64,000 nt of DNA, taken from assembly GCF_963506605.1 (NCBI RefSeq), contig NC_083278.1:8556001-8620000 (forward strand), read 5' to 3'. Positions 36,303 to 48,400 of the stretch are shown here, piece after piece. Positions within the stretch are counted from its first letter, which is position 1. Every line of letters begins with the position of its first letter. Source of the stretch: Zootoca vivipara (lineage: Eukaryota). Position numbers and translations under genes: made by a program. The notes under the pieces are model-generated. The model had not been told where the DNA came from and made no database searches. It saw only the letters and a program-made list of their open reading frames with translations.

Positions 36303-36460
36303 CAGTGGTACCTCTACTTACGAATAACTCTTATAAATGTTTCTACTTACGAACGGAGCTCCGTCCGCCATTACGATTTTTTTCCTCCAAATGCATTCCT
36401 ATGGGATTTGACTTTTTTCGACTTATGAATGTGCATTCGGAACGCATTAAACTACCACTG
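36303..36460. mobile_element. Tigger-like MITE, internally deleted
   Basis: ta|cagtggtacctc ... taccactg|ta. Confidence 0.65.
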
Positions 36461-37029
36461 TAGTTACTGCTAGAATTGAATTAGTGTTAAGGCCAGAGTA
36501 GAAATAACCCTTAAACGTTGGGTTAAGCCCATTGGAAGTTGTGAGTGTGCCATATCATGGCCTGCTCCACATTTCTTAACCATGGCTAGGAATGGGAGCA
36601 TTATGTCTGTACTGGAGCATGATTCAGAGATGTTTCTTTTATTTGAAAATGGAAAATATACACACAATAAAACATTACTCATTGTTAAAATATACCACAC
36701 CTTATAAACCAATGACTGCAGACTAGGAAGACCCTTTTCTATTCAATACAGCTATTATTAGTTGCATCAAAACCAATGCTCCTTGTGTTGTTACTCACCC
36801 CCCTGTCAGTTCTTTATTATTTTATTGCTAAAGACTAGCACATTTACAGCATACATGGATTGGAAAAATTGACTATATAAAACAGTAACCATATGTTTAT
36901 GGTATATTAATACTGCCCCCAAACAAATAAATGAGACAAAAACAGTGCTCTATTTATTTTACAATACCTCTAATACATAAACTTGTGCAGTTTCTGATCA
37001 TTTCAAAGAAACCTTAAAATTGTGCCATA

Positions 37030-40000
37030 TCACTCTTGCCCTTGTTGGGTACACACTTTGTGCAGTGCACTGTTGTGTCTGTAGATGAAACCAATGCCTT
37101 CAACTCCCAATTCTTCAAGTTGTTCAAGTGAAGAAACACAAGGGTCGTGGCCTTTCAACATATCTGGCAACTGACACTGCTTCTTTTGTATGCGGCAAGA
37201 ACGTCTCACAGGAGTTAGAAATTTCAGATCCTTGATTGCAGGATGGTTACTGTCACCCTGCATTTTTTTATTTGTGCTTGGAGATCAATGAGGGAGGGAA
37301 AAGAGTTAGGCCATAAATACAAAATATTTGCAAGATTACAACTTGTTGTAATGCAAGAAGACGTAAGTTTGACACTGAATATTACTTTTTCTCTCTACAG
37401 CACTGATCTCAAATCGGCAGCCCAACAATGTTAGATGCTCTAGGTCTGCTATGACAGAGAACTGGGTGAGAAGATTAGGACTTGTTGTGGTTCATTGGAA
37501 TGATCTTTCTTCTCAGTTTTATTTTGCTATCCTTTGAAAGGCTTGCAAAATAAATGAATATATAAGCCATACCTGGACAGAATCACCATCCCCAAATACT
37601 GACCGAGTTCTCTATTCAGCTTGAGATTGAACAAAGGTATCAAATATCCCCATCCCCATTAGACACCAGATAGAGAATGTAAACCTGAAGAGGCAGCTTA
37701 CCTTTTCAAGGAAGGAGTAGTTGACAAGTTATACTTAATTAAGTAGGAGGCCTCTTTGTCAGTTTCAGGAGTTGGGAATTCTAGTATTCTCTCTGCCTCT
37801 GCCTCGCCACTATCCTGCTCTTCTTTTTTGAGAACTGTAGGCTTCTCTTCTTTATTTTGCTGCCTTTCTTCAACTACAATGCTCTCTTGTTCAGACTTCA
37901 AACAAGCTTCTGCCCTTTGAGAAATCACTTCATTACCAGGCTCCATCTTGTTATTGATGTTTAATTCCTTTAAAGCATTTTCTATCTTCTCTTCATCTAA
38001 ATGAACTTCTGCCTCGTGATTTAGAGTGATTACTTTTTCCACACATTCCTCTGAAAATAGAAATACACTGTCATAAGTCAAGGTGACCCAGAACTTTTTC
38101 CTGTGGAAAAAAAAAATTCAGGGGGTAACTTACTCAATGTAGACTAGTACCATATCTTTTGATAGTTAAATCACATTCATGGATGAAGTAGAATTTGTAG
38201 CACATTTTTGTTACAAAAATAGGATGAATGGTTGTATTTCCAAACAAGTTGAGACTATATGTTTAAAATAAGTATCTTGATAAAACCTGATGAAGAAGGG
38301 TCCATCTTTCCAGAATTTTAAAATGTATACAACAAGCAAACTCACAATATAGAAAACCAAGGACAGAAAGATCTTCACCGAATACACATTTCAGCTTTTA
38401 GAATATGGAACGATAGCAACAGAGTTATGGCTAAGAAAGTTAGGAGACAGATGCTTGAAGGAACAAAAGGCAGAAGAGAAAAATAAGTTTATATGTTCAT
38501 AATTGCACTCAAATTAGAGTCATACCTCGGTTTGCGACCGCCTCCATTTGCAACCGCCGCAGACCCGGAACTGTTTACATCCGGGTTCCGCGGTGTGCGG
38601 ATGCGCATAAGCGATCTGCGCAGCACGCGCATAAGCACTCTATCGGCGCTTTGTGCACGCACAGAAGAGCCCCTCGGTTTACGACGAACTCGGGGAGTGA
38701 CCAGCTCCCCGGAACGAATTGCGGTCGCAAACCGAGGTCTGGCTGCAGTGGGTGCAGATAATCTCCAGTTAAAGTTTCTGCTTTATTATTAAACTATTAA
38801 TTTAAGGGGAACAGGTTGGGAGTTGGGAAGTGTGACCAGCTTAAATTAAAAATAGTTAATCTTACCAGATGCAGGTATGGTTTTTGTTTTCTTCATAACA
38901 TCTGCTAATGTACGGCGTAACTCATCCTTAGGCTGAAAGAAATGTGATTTTGTTAGTACTAGATAATGCCCAAGTCAATTGTAATTAGCCAGTGTGCTGT
39001 AGCAGTTAGCGTTGGACTAAGACTGGGAAGACTCAATACTAAATTCCCACTTGGCCATGAAGTTCACTAGGTGACTTTGGAGCTATCTACTTCAGAGTTG
39101 TTGTGAGGATAAAATACTACAGTATGTACGCCACCTTGAGTTCATTGGATGAAAGTTAATAAAAAACAAGCTTTTACTTGGTAGAAGACACAACCGTGGA
39201 ATTTTAGAAGAGAAACCCTCATCTGCAGAATGCATAAAAATTATTCTAATTAAATATAAATGCTAACACAATAAATATTACACAACATTTAAGAATTCTT
39301 ACGTGTGCTCCTGCCAGAATTGCCTTTTCATAGATAGCAAGGACCTTTTCAGTGGAGCGAAACTGTTCGAGACGCATCTGGCATACCCAATATTTGGCGA
39401 ATTTCTTTACATCTGGCACAGACTGGATCAGCTTTTCCAAATTGGAATGTATTGCATCACCTGGATAACCCTGAAGATAGATAAATGATAGATGATATGT
39501 TGGTTTCCTTTTTAAAAGTTGTTATGTAATATGAATTCCAGACATAGCTGGTTAATCTGTTGCAGTGAACACTGAACTCTTGCAGCACATTTTATAGACT
39601 AGCAGATTTATTGTGGTATAAGTTTTCAGAGACCCTTGTCTTCAAAGCCTAGTGTACAGCAGAGACCCCATGCCTCCCTGTATCTAGCACAGAACTCGGG
39701 GAAGATCTTTTCTGTTGCAACCCACCCTAAATAAGCACTCTTGAACTGTCCTCTGCAATACAGCTTGTGCTGATTGAGGGCCAGGCAACAGAACTAGAGA
39801 TTGTTACCAGTGACTAACAAATCTGTGGACCACCAGTTACTCCTCTTATTGTTCATCTTAGATTGAAAGTGAGTTAGGCCTCCAAGGGGGAGCCAACAGC
39901 ATCTTTATCCCCTAGGACACCTGCTGATGAATTGTTCCCCATGTTCTGCGAAGGGTTTATCTCCTAAGCAAATATCTATCTAGCAGCAGAATTTTTTCCT

Positions 40001-42761
40001 CAGGAGCCATCTGTTTGGATTATATTCTGCCTCGTATTTGTGTGATCACCTGAAAACAAAAGCAACTCATGGGTAAAAATGTGACTATTTTCTACAGCAT
40101 GAATTCATCTGGTCCCACATATAATGGAGAAGTTCTGGCAAACAGCAGGATTTTATCATTAAGGAACCTAGAAACACAGGAAGCTTGCCTTACACTAAAT
40201 CAAACCTATGGCCCATCTAGCTCAGAATTGTCTCTACAGTGACTGACAGCAGCACTCTAGGATTTCAGAGTGGCAGTCTCTCTCAGCACTACCTGGATAT
40301 GAGAATGACTGAACCTAAGAGGACCCTTCTGCATGCAAAGCAGATGCTCTACCACCGACCTATAACAAATCATCTGTTAAAAATGTCTCCCAAAACGACC
40401 AGATTTTTCCTTAAAACTCCAACATGTTGTTGCATTTTATGGTCTTATAGAGCTGAATGAAAGTATTGGACATTTACATACACAGAAGCTTATTTCCTCA
40501 TGACTGTGGCTTAACAGAGGCCTCACCTCCTCAATTAAGTGCAGACATTTCACAAGGGTCTTATTGACGCTGTCACTTAGTAGTCCTTGTTCATCTTCTT
40601 CTTGAAGGGTAGACCAGAACGATTCAACTGGTTCTTTTATAGTTTGATGAAAGGATTCTCTTTCAGGCAGAGTATCTACAGATATGGGAGGTGGCAGCTT
40701 CTTTAGCCCTGTCAATGGCGGCCGTTCAGCTGGTCGGGTTCTACAAACAAGTCAGTATATTAGTAAGTTATTATATTAGTAAGTTATCAACATTCTGCTT
40801 TGCCCCATAATGTAATTAGGAATAGGCCATGGCCATGCAACAGACCCAATACAATGACGCTCAAATGCCTAACCATGGGTAAATAACAAGTATTAAACAA
40901 CAGGTAGGTTTGATTTGAGGAAAATGGACTGGTATGCCAAATTGGACCCCACTGTGGACCAAGCTTGGCCTGCAGGCCAGAGGTTCCCCACCTGTGTACA
41001 CTATCAGTATCCTGCACCTAAAAAGATGACCTCAAAAGAATTTTGCTTGTTTTATTTTTGAGCAAAATAACTTGTGCATATCCTAAATTTACAGAGATGT
41101 AAGCCAATGTTATCCCCACACCTTTCTATTACCTTATTCTTTTTGCAGATTTCGCTAGATTATGTTTTCTGACGCCGTCGTCTGATTTCAAAGCTGAGAC
41201 AGCACCACGAACTTCAGAAACAGGTCTCGTTAAATGTGGTCCAAGTCTAGTTTTCGTTGGAGCATTTTTCTTTGTTCTGTGCACAGATCTGTTGGCACTG
41301 ACGAGCTCCCCATTCCTATCAGGATTTCTTTGGGATGCCCCATTATTCACTGGTGTTCTATTGATAGTTTTTGTCCCACGGTTCAGAATTGGCTTTGGCT
41401 GGCTAACAGGCACCTTCACAGGAGGTCTGGCTTGAAGTGAGAGAATAGCTGCAGGTTTGGCAATAGCAACAGACTTAGAAGTATTAACTGTGCTGGTGAC
41501 TCTATCATCCTTTTTGTCTGTAATGCTGCTTGTGGATTGAGTCCTCATTGCTGATTTAGGAACAGCAGCCATAGTGTTCCTTCTATTTTCATGTTCTGGT
41601 TTTCTTCTGAAGGAGTTTATTTTAGATTCTACTATCCTACCACAATATGAGCCAAGAGCACGCTTCTCTGAAAGGGGTGGAACGAAGATGGGTGGTGCAG
41701 CTGTTTTCAGCACTTTCTCTTTTCCATTTCTTTTGAGTAAGGAGGTCTGGTTAAAGGACATGTGCTGGCTTTTCGTTTTAGCTGTTTCAAAAACAACTGC
41801 CAGGGGGCTACAGTTTGTTTTTGTACTAGCCAGAGGGCTATAGTTTTCAGCCATAGAAATCTGCTTCAATATGATAGGAGTTTTTGGAGAAGCTAAGTTT
41901 TCCTCCAACATGTCATCCATGTGGGTCCATGAAGGTCCAACTGCATTCTCTTTGTTCTCCTGAAATATTAAATTAACATTATAGACCTTTTTCTCCACAT
42001 TTTGCAACATGAAGGTGGTGCACATAGCCACTTGAAAAACAAAATGGTTATAAGCATATCTGCTTTACTTTTTCCTTAAAAAGGGAAATCTTATTTCAAC
42101 ACCATTATTTCCTATCTTAACATAGTGTAATATACTCCAGAGAAGGATAATAGTAGCTGGTAATTAGAAATGCCAGACGACAACCTCTAGATCTAATTCT
42201 GTCTATTCTCTCCACCAGTTAGAAACAGATATGAAAGCTAGGAGCTAAATTGCACCTTAAACCTAGGTTATGGGCACAACAATGGAATGTCTAAGTGCAT
42301 TTTTTAAACAACAAAAATATAAAGCTGAAAACAAATGAACTGCTGCTAAAATATTATGCTCATTTTTCACATGGGCTAGTCCAGGCATGTCCAACTGGTT
42401 GATTGTGAGGTGTTCCTGGTCAATCTTGTGACTGATCAATCGCTACGTGCCTCGCTGCTACCAACTTTATTTTGAATGCCTTATTTCCCTGCATCTTGGG
42501 GCAAAGTGCGTGAATGAGTGACACCTGCTGACTGTCAGGTGAGCTATTTAGTGCAAGGGTCTCTCCCCCACTCAAAAAAGCTCAACAGCTATGTGCAGTG
42601 ACAAGGGGTAGATCACTCCCAGCTTATAAATAAATTTAGCTGTATGTTTTTTGGAAACAGATTCCTCATTCTCCCCTTTAACTGCAAACTAGTATAATCC
42701 ACCTTGAACCCAAAATTCAAGTGAATGAATACAAGAGACATTTACTTACAGGACTTTCCAT
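37030..42761 (-). CDS. CKAP2: Cytoskeleton-associated protein 2 (TMAP), about 627 aa if started at MESP
   Basis: Coding exons: 42750-42761 (aaaATGG, MESP; exon spans 42750-42808), 41133-41959 (ENKEN KEN box, GSYCGRIVESKINSFRRK), 40527-40740 (SFWSTLQEEDEQ), 39303-39470 (KKFAKYWVC..YEKAILAGA), 38866-38932, 37702-38050, 37030-37276 (DLKFLTPVRRS..CVSSLEQL). All introns are GT-AG and phases are consistent. The start codon is inferred (see findings). Confidence 0.92.
38517..38745. mobile_element. Tigger-like MITE
   Basis: Inverted ends acctcggtttgcgacc / ggtcgcaaaccgaggt, CpG-rich. Confidence 0.7.
38989..39165 (+). mobile_element. Old tRNA-derived squamate SINE
   Basis: gccagtgtgctgtagcagttag..ttggactaagactgggaagac..ggtgactttgg..gttgttgtgaggataaaat. 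Confidence 0.5.
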
Positions 42762-42928
42762 TTTTTTGCTTCACCAGTAAAACTGTCCTGCGGCTTTTGC
42801 TTGATAAACTGTTAGGAGAACAAAAAACAAGAGTTGAGCACCAGAATAGCTTTCCAATAGGGCATTCCCAAAGCTTTGATGCAACGGAAATAAAGCCTTA
42901 TCCTGCACACCCACACACAGCTGTAACC

Positions 42929-43376
42929 CAGGGATCAGCAACCTTTTTCAGCCATGGGCCGGTCCACTGTCCCTCAGACCATGTGGTGGGCCGGACTATA
43001 TTTTGAAGGGAAAAAATGAACGAATTTCTATGCCCCACAAATAACCCATAGATGTATTTTAAATAACAGCACACATTCTACTCATGTAAAAACACCAAGC
43101 AGGCCCCACAAATAACCCAAAGATGCATTTTAAATAAAAGGGCACATTCTACTTATGTAAAAACACGCTGATCCCCAGACCGTCCACAGGCCAGATTGAG
43201 AAGGCGATTGGGCCGCATCAGGCCACGGGCCTTAGGTCAGTGTTTTTCAATATAGGCACAGAGTTAAATTTTTTAACATTTTCTAATGGTGGTGTGCCTC
43301 GTGATTTGTTTCATGAAAGAAGTGTGCCTTTGCCCAAAAAAGGTTGAAAAACACTGCCTTAGGTTGCAGACCCCTG
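42929..43376. mobile_element. Same hAT family as 33802, with a nested 119-bp hAT MITE at 43238-43356
   Basis: Host TSD ctgtaacc / ctgtaaac. Nested TIRs cagtgtttttcaa / ttgaaaaacactg with perfect TSD ccttaggt. Confidence 0.85.
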
Positions 43377-43935
43377 CTGTAAACCATGGACACTATCCTG
43401 TCATAAGCATCGCGTTCATCCATTTCTATGAACCTACTTTGAGTAGTAGCACTGGACACAACCAGCAGGAGGAGCAGGGGAACTGAGCCTCTGCCAACTG
43501 ATATTAAGAGGGAAAGCAGGATTATTCGCAGAGAGGCTGGTCGGGGCTATGGGGACATTGCAAGCGAAGGAGATCCTAACAGCTTGGAAGTCTGAGCCCC
43601 ACATCCTGGCTGTTACAGCACCGGAGACCGACGCGTTTTCGAAGAGAGAATTAAGAAGCCTTATGTTGTGAACAGCCCTGAGATCTACGGATTAAGGGCG
43701 GTATAAAGATTTAATAAGTAATGATGATAATGATAATACGTGGAACACCCGCCCAAGCTACAACGGTCTGCCTGAATGAATCACCCCGGGCCAAGGGGTA
43801 AAATTCTGTTTTACCTGCTCGTGGAGGAACCACAGAAGATTCAAAATCACCACCCCTACCCTGAGTGGCTAGGGGAAATCGTTGTTGTTGTTTGTTAAAT
43901 AAGTTTGCGTTATCGCGCTCACCTGCGTGAGCAGC

Positions 43936-43959
43936 TCAACCGGACTTCACCGCAGCCAT
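43936..43959 (-). other. uORF MAAVKSG* in CKAP2 exon 1
   Basis: ATG GCT GCG GTG AAG TCC GGT TGA, ending 13 nt before the exon 1 donor. Confidence 0.6.
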
Positions 43960-45068
43960 CAATGCAACCGCCACTCTCCTTCCCGGCGGCTCACAACTTC
44001 GGTTTAAATCAACGCGCAAGGCGAGACGGTCTGCAGGAACTCGATTGGCCCGAGAGCTTGAAATCGTCCAATTAGAATGAACGCGCGGGGAGAGGCGGTG
44101 CTCTTGGCTGCTGGGGAACGTCCGAGTCCGCCCACAGCACCGCCCCTCAATTCCATATATGGGGCGAGAGCTGTTGCTCCAGGCCGGTTTCTGCTTCAAA
44201 CGAGGAAAGTGCGCTTGAACGGGAAGGGCAAATAATTTTCAACGGTCCGTTGCAAATATTTCCCAAGAAAGAAGGGTTGGATGCATGGAGGGAAATATTT
44301 ATTTTTATTGTTCCTTCCAAGAGCGCACATATGCATTTGTGTGTAATTTAAATGTTGGTGTTAATTGCATTAATTGTGCATGGGATTGTCTCTTGAGCTG
44401 CCCTTCCCCTTCATCTGACTTAGGTAGTAGTTTGTGATGCAGCAGCACCCCCCCCCCCCAAACTTCATGTTTGGAGTGAATCATCTTGTCACTTGAGGCA
44501 ATAAAAGGCTTTGCTTTGAACTGGGTGTGGGCAAAGAGATGGGTGTTACTGTTATTTATCACATTTGTATACGCGGACCATAATGGAAAAATACAGTCTC
44601 TGAAAGCAAGAGCAAAAGCAAACATAAGCCACCCACCCAGTTTAATAGGCCATAGATTGTTTAATTAGCCAAGGGGTTGGGAGATTGCGAATACTTTTTT
44701 TTTCTGGGCCTGAAAATATGTAATGAAGGAGGCAGGCGAGCCTCCCTGAGCAGAGCATTCAACCACCGAAAAGGCCCTTTCTCGTGTTGCCACCCTCTGG
44801 CCGTCTCGCAGAGGAGGCTCACAAAGAAGGGCCTCTGATGACGATGGCAGGGTCTGGGTTGGTTCCTATCGCGTCCTTGCAGTCCTGAGCGGTGTTGCAA
44901 TTTGCTTCACTGTAAAGTCCAAAATGGCTGGGCTGGCAACGGTAAAGGTCGCAGATCCTGAGGCAAGGAACAAAATGGCACCCCCTCCCCTCCAAGGAAG
45001 AAGGGCTGAGTGAAAATCTACAACAGGAACAAGGTGGTGGTGAGGGGAATAGTTGGGATCATTAAGAG

Positions 45069-45198
45069 CAGGCATCCCCAACCTTTTGGCCCTCCAGATT
45101 TTTGGACTACAATTCCCATCATCCTTGACCACTGGTCCTGTCAGCTAGGGATCATGGGAGTTGTAGGCCAAACATCTGGAGGGTGAGTGGGAACCCTG
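45069..45198. mobile_element. hAT MITE with degraded right end, inside the CKAP2/VPS36 promoter region
   Basis: caggcatccccaacc...aaacatctggaggg. Confidence 0.8.
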
Positions 45199-45488
45199 TT
45201 GCCAACAGCTATTTTTCTTTGAATAAAGATCAGGCTTACGTAGCCGCCTTGCTTTCGCTAATTTGGTTTCGTCTCGAATCAGGAATTGATTGTGGAGGCG
45301 GGGTGTGTGCGCGCGCGCGCGCGGTTCCCTCTCCTCCTCAGCCCGCCCCAAGGCGTCCTTCTCGTCTCTGGTTCGCCCATTTCCCCGTCTCACGCTCCCC
45401 TTCCGAAATGGGGAGGTGCCGGAGGGCGGGTCCGCCATTCCCGCTGCCTGCCGAGGGAGGGAGGGAGGCAGAGCTTGGCCTAAGCGCC

Positions 45489-48400
45489 ATGGACCGCTTC
45501 GCCTGGACCAACGGCCTCCTGGATATCCACGAGAACCTGGTCACGCAGCAGCGTGGCGTCCGCCTCTACGACGGCGAGGAGAAGGTCGGAGGAACTGGCC
45601 GTGGCGCGGGGCGGGCGAGCCTGGGAGCCGACACCGGCCTGAGCTAGGCAGGCAAGGCAGTGGCGTAGGCTAGAGGAAGTTGCCAGCGGGCTGCAGGCAG
45701 AGGTTTCCTCTTTTAGAGGTCCTTATCGCCTTAGGGAGGATTAAAAAAAAATCTCCCCCAGAAAATCGAGGGAAGGCGCTCTGCATCTAGAAAGCTAGGG
45801 TGTCAAGGGGAAGAGAGGTTGCTGCTGCCCCTCTCCGCTCCGTTTTCTACTTGCAGGGAGTATTTTGCTCGGTCGTTCGAACCCCGCCACCTCCCAGTCA
45901 CTGTGAAATGAAATGCCCCCAACAGCATTGGTGGGGCTTCGGCTGATTTCTCTTACCTGTCGCGGGTATTGAAACTGTTGATCATCCCTAGGCAAGGTGT
46001 CCACAGTATAGTTTTGGATTTAATGGAGCTTTGTAGTACTGTACCGGGAAGCATCAAGCAATTTGTTTCAGAAGGGTGCGGATTGTGGCTCTCTCCCCCA
46101 TTACAGTACTCGTTTCAGTGTATTCCTCTACATTTGTTTTTGAATCAGAGGTTATCAATGCATCTTTTTAAAGTTTTGCATGTCTGCATTTTAAGTAGGC
46201 TATGATTGCTAAAATATCTGGATTTCTCTGTAGCGTTTGTACACAGATCACATGTGGAGTTTTTTCTTTACAGTATTATTATACTGTAATAATAGCTTCT
46301 CACCTTTGAAATCAGAATAAATGAACAAAACCACACTGAAACAGTGTCAGAGAGCAAAGCAGCTCATTGAGATGTTTTGCATAGTGCAGTTGGTGGTAGA
46401 AAGCCCTGTTTGGAGCAGGCTGTGAGGTGGTCCCTCCCTGCCTGCCTGCCTCACTATCCTGTTCCTTTTGCACCTCTGGTTTAGAGGATGCTTAGTCAAT
46501 TGACTTAAATCCATAGTCAGGCAATGAAGGAATAATGCAAGTGCACAAGGTCTCATCACCGCACACTGCAGGTGTAACAACTGCAGTTTGCCTCATTTTA
46601 TTTTGGATTTCACAGTATCTGTGGTTCATATGCATTGAAGCTACTTCATTCTAATTCATATCAGTCTTTGCTGTCTGGTATACCTGGGAAATAGTACTTG
46701 AATTCCCTCTTCAACGTCAAAAGAAGCACCTCTCATTTTGCTACAGGAGGTGACAGATTATAGGTAGTGAGGATGGCTGACCTAATTTCAAGATTTCAAA
46801 GGCAGAACCACCCTGTTGCTCATGCTTGCTTCAACCAGTTCTGCCTACCTGCACAATCTAGAAGGAGCTGAAGCAAAAGTTGATAATTGAAATTTCAAAT
46901 GGAGAAGGGCCATGGTTCAGTAGTAGAGCAATCTGCTCCAAGCCTGATCCCTGATACCTGCTGGTAGCTCCTGAAGAGCTGCCAGTCAGTGCTGACATGG
47001 TATAAGGCATTTTCCTGTATTCCTATGCTTTGGTTTAGCATAAGAACACTTGGAAAGTTTCTCTCTCCCTATGTGCCCACCAAATCTGCTCTAGAAGTTC
47101 ATCCAGCCCTCCAGATTTGAGGGGGGAGTAGAGGGAGAAGTGAACCCCTCTGTAACAACAGATGCCGTGCTCACTCAGGGTGTTTAGTAATGTCCAGCAA
47201 GTGCTCTGCATGATTTTAAAATTATGTATTGGGCAAAAACTGGATGAGACTTAGATGAACTGAAATATATCTTCCTTACCCAGGTAAAGTTTGATACGGG
47301 CATATTGCTTCTGAGTACGCACAGATTGATCTGGAGAGATCAGAAAAATCATGTAAGTATCAGTACTCTGGCATGTCTATAATTTCCATATAATATGCAA
47401 AAACAGTAAAGTTTATTTGCCTGTGATGGTTGTGTGTGAGCAAATTGTCTCCCCCAAACAAACCATGAGCTGTAAGAACACACCTTGGTTATGGCCTGTG
47501 GTATGTTTTGGAGCAAGACATTCCACAAATCTGGGCTCAGACATAGTGCTAAGCCCAAACATTGGCTTGACTCCCTTTACTGTCCCTAAAGCAAAGTGAC
47601 TGGCATTACTAAACATGAACCAACACACATGCGTATTCATGCTAAACCATAATTTGACTTAGCATGTAATGCTACCCAATTTAGGTTTTAGACAACATGC
47701 TGCATTCTGATTAATCAAAAATGAAAGTGAAAATTTTCTGATCTCCTTGCAGCCTCTCTAAAGGAGAAGGGAGGGTTTGGCATGTGTGCAAGCCCAAGGG
47801 GAGACTTATTGTTTTCAGCATGTGACTGGTTAGCTGTATGGGAACAGTATTGAGAGAATTGTGAGTCAACAGCATTACCTCTTCACAGGGTTTTTCTGTC
47901 TTTAGCTAATCTACTACTACTACTACCACTGCAACTATTATTGATTCAATTTCTATAAGAAGATCACAGGGCGGTTTATAATATAAAAACAAAAAATACA
48001 CACCATAATAACAAACAAAACTAACACCCCCTTGAAAAAATTAGTTTCAAGAATAAAATTAGCAAGGATTACAACTGTAGAAATGATGAAATAAATTGGA
48101 TCTATGTAATCTGAGCTACAGAGATTTAAACTGGAGGTGTTAATAAGCCCAAAAATGTTTGCAGTTTCAACACCCCAAACAGTGAAAAGCAGTTTATACT
48201 TGCAGGATAACTTAGGCAAAAAATATATGTGTTATTTTGAGTGATGTCTTGCTGTTATTTCATATTCGTGGGAGCTTTTTTCTCCACATACCTGTGTACA
48301 AGAGTAGCAAAAATGGTCTAGAATGGCAAGAATTTTACACATGAAATGCTTCAGTGTAGAACTTAGTACAAAAAGAATGTTGTGGTTCTACAGCAGGCAC

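Larger units (their letters stand above)
43900..45660. promoter_or_regulatory. Head-to-head CKAP2/VPS36 promoter region with two CpG-rich ends
   Basis: CKAP2 exon 1 donor GCAG|gtgagc at 43923 and VPS36 ATG at 45489. CDE-CHR at 44003-44017, CCAAT boxes at 44044-44048 and 44068-44072, GC boxes on both sides. Confidence 0.8.

Noticed and set aside
41960-42031. MAMCTTFMLQ.. as the CKAP2 N-terminus
   Set aside because: It is intronic: a clear ttcag acceptor at 41959 precedes ENKEN.
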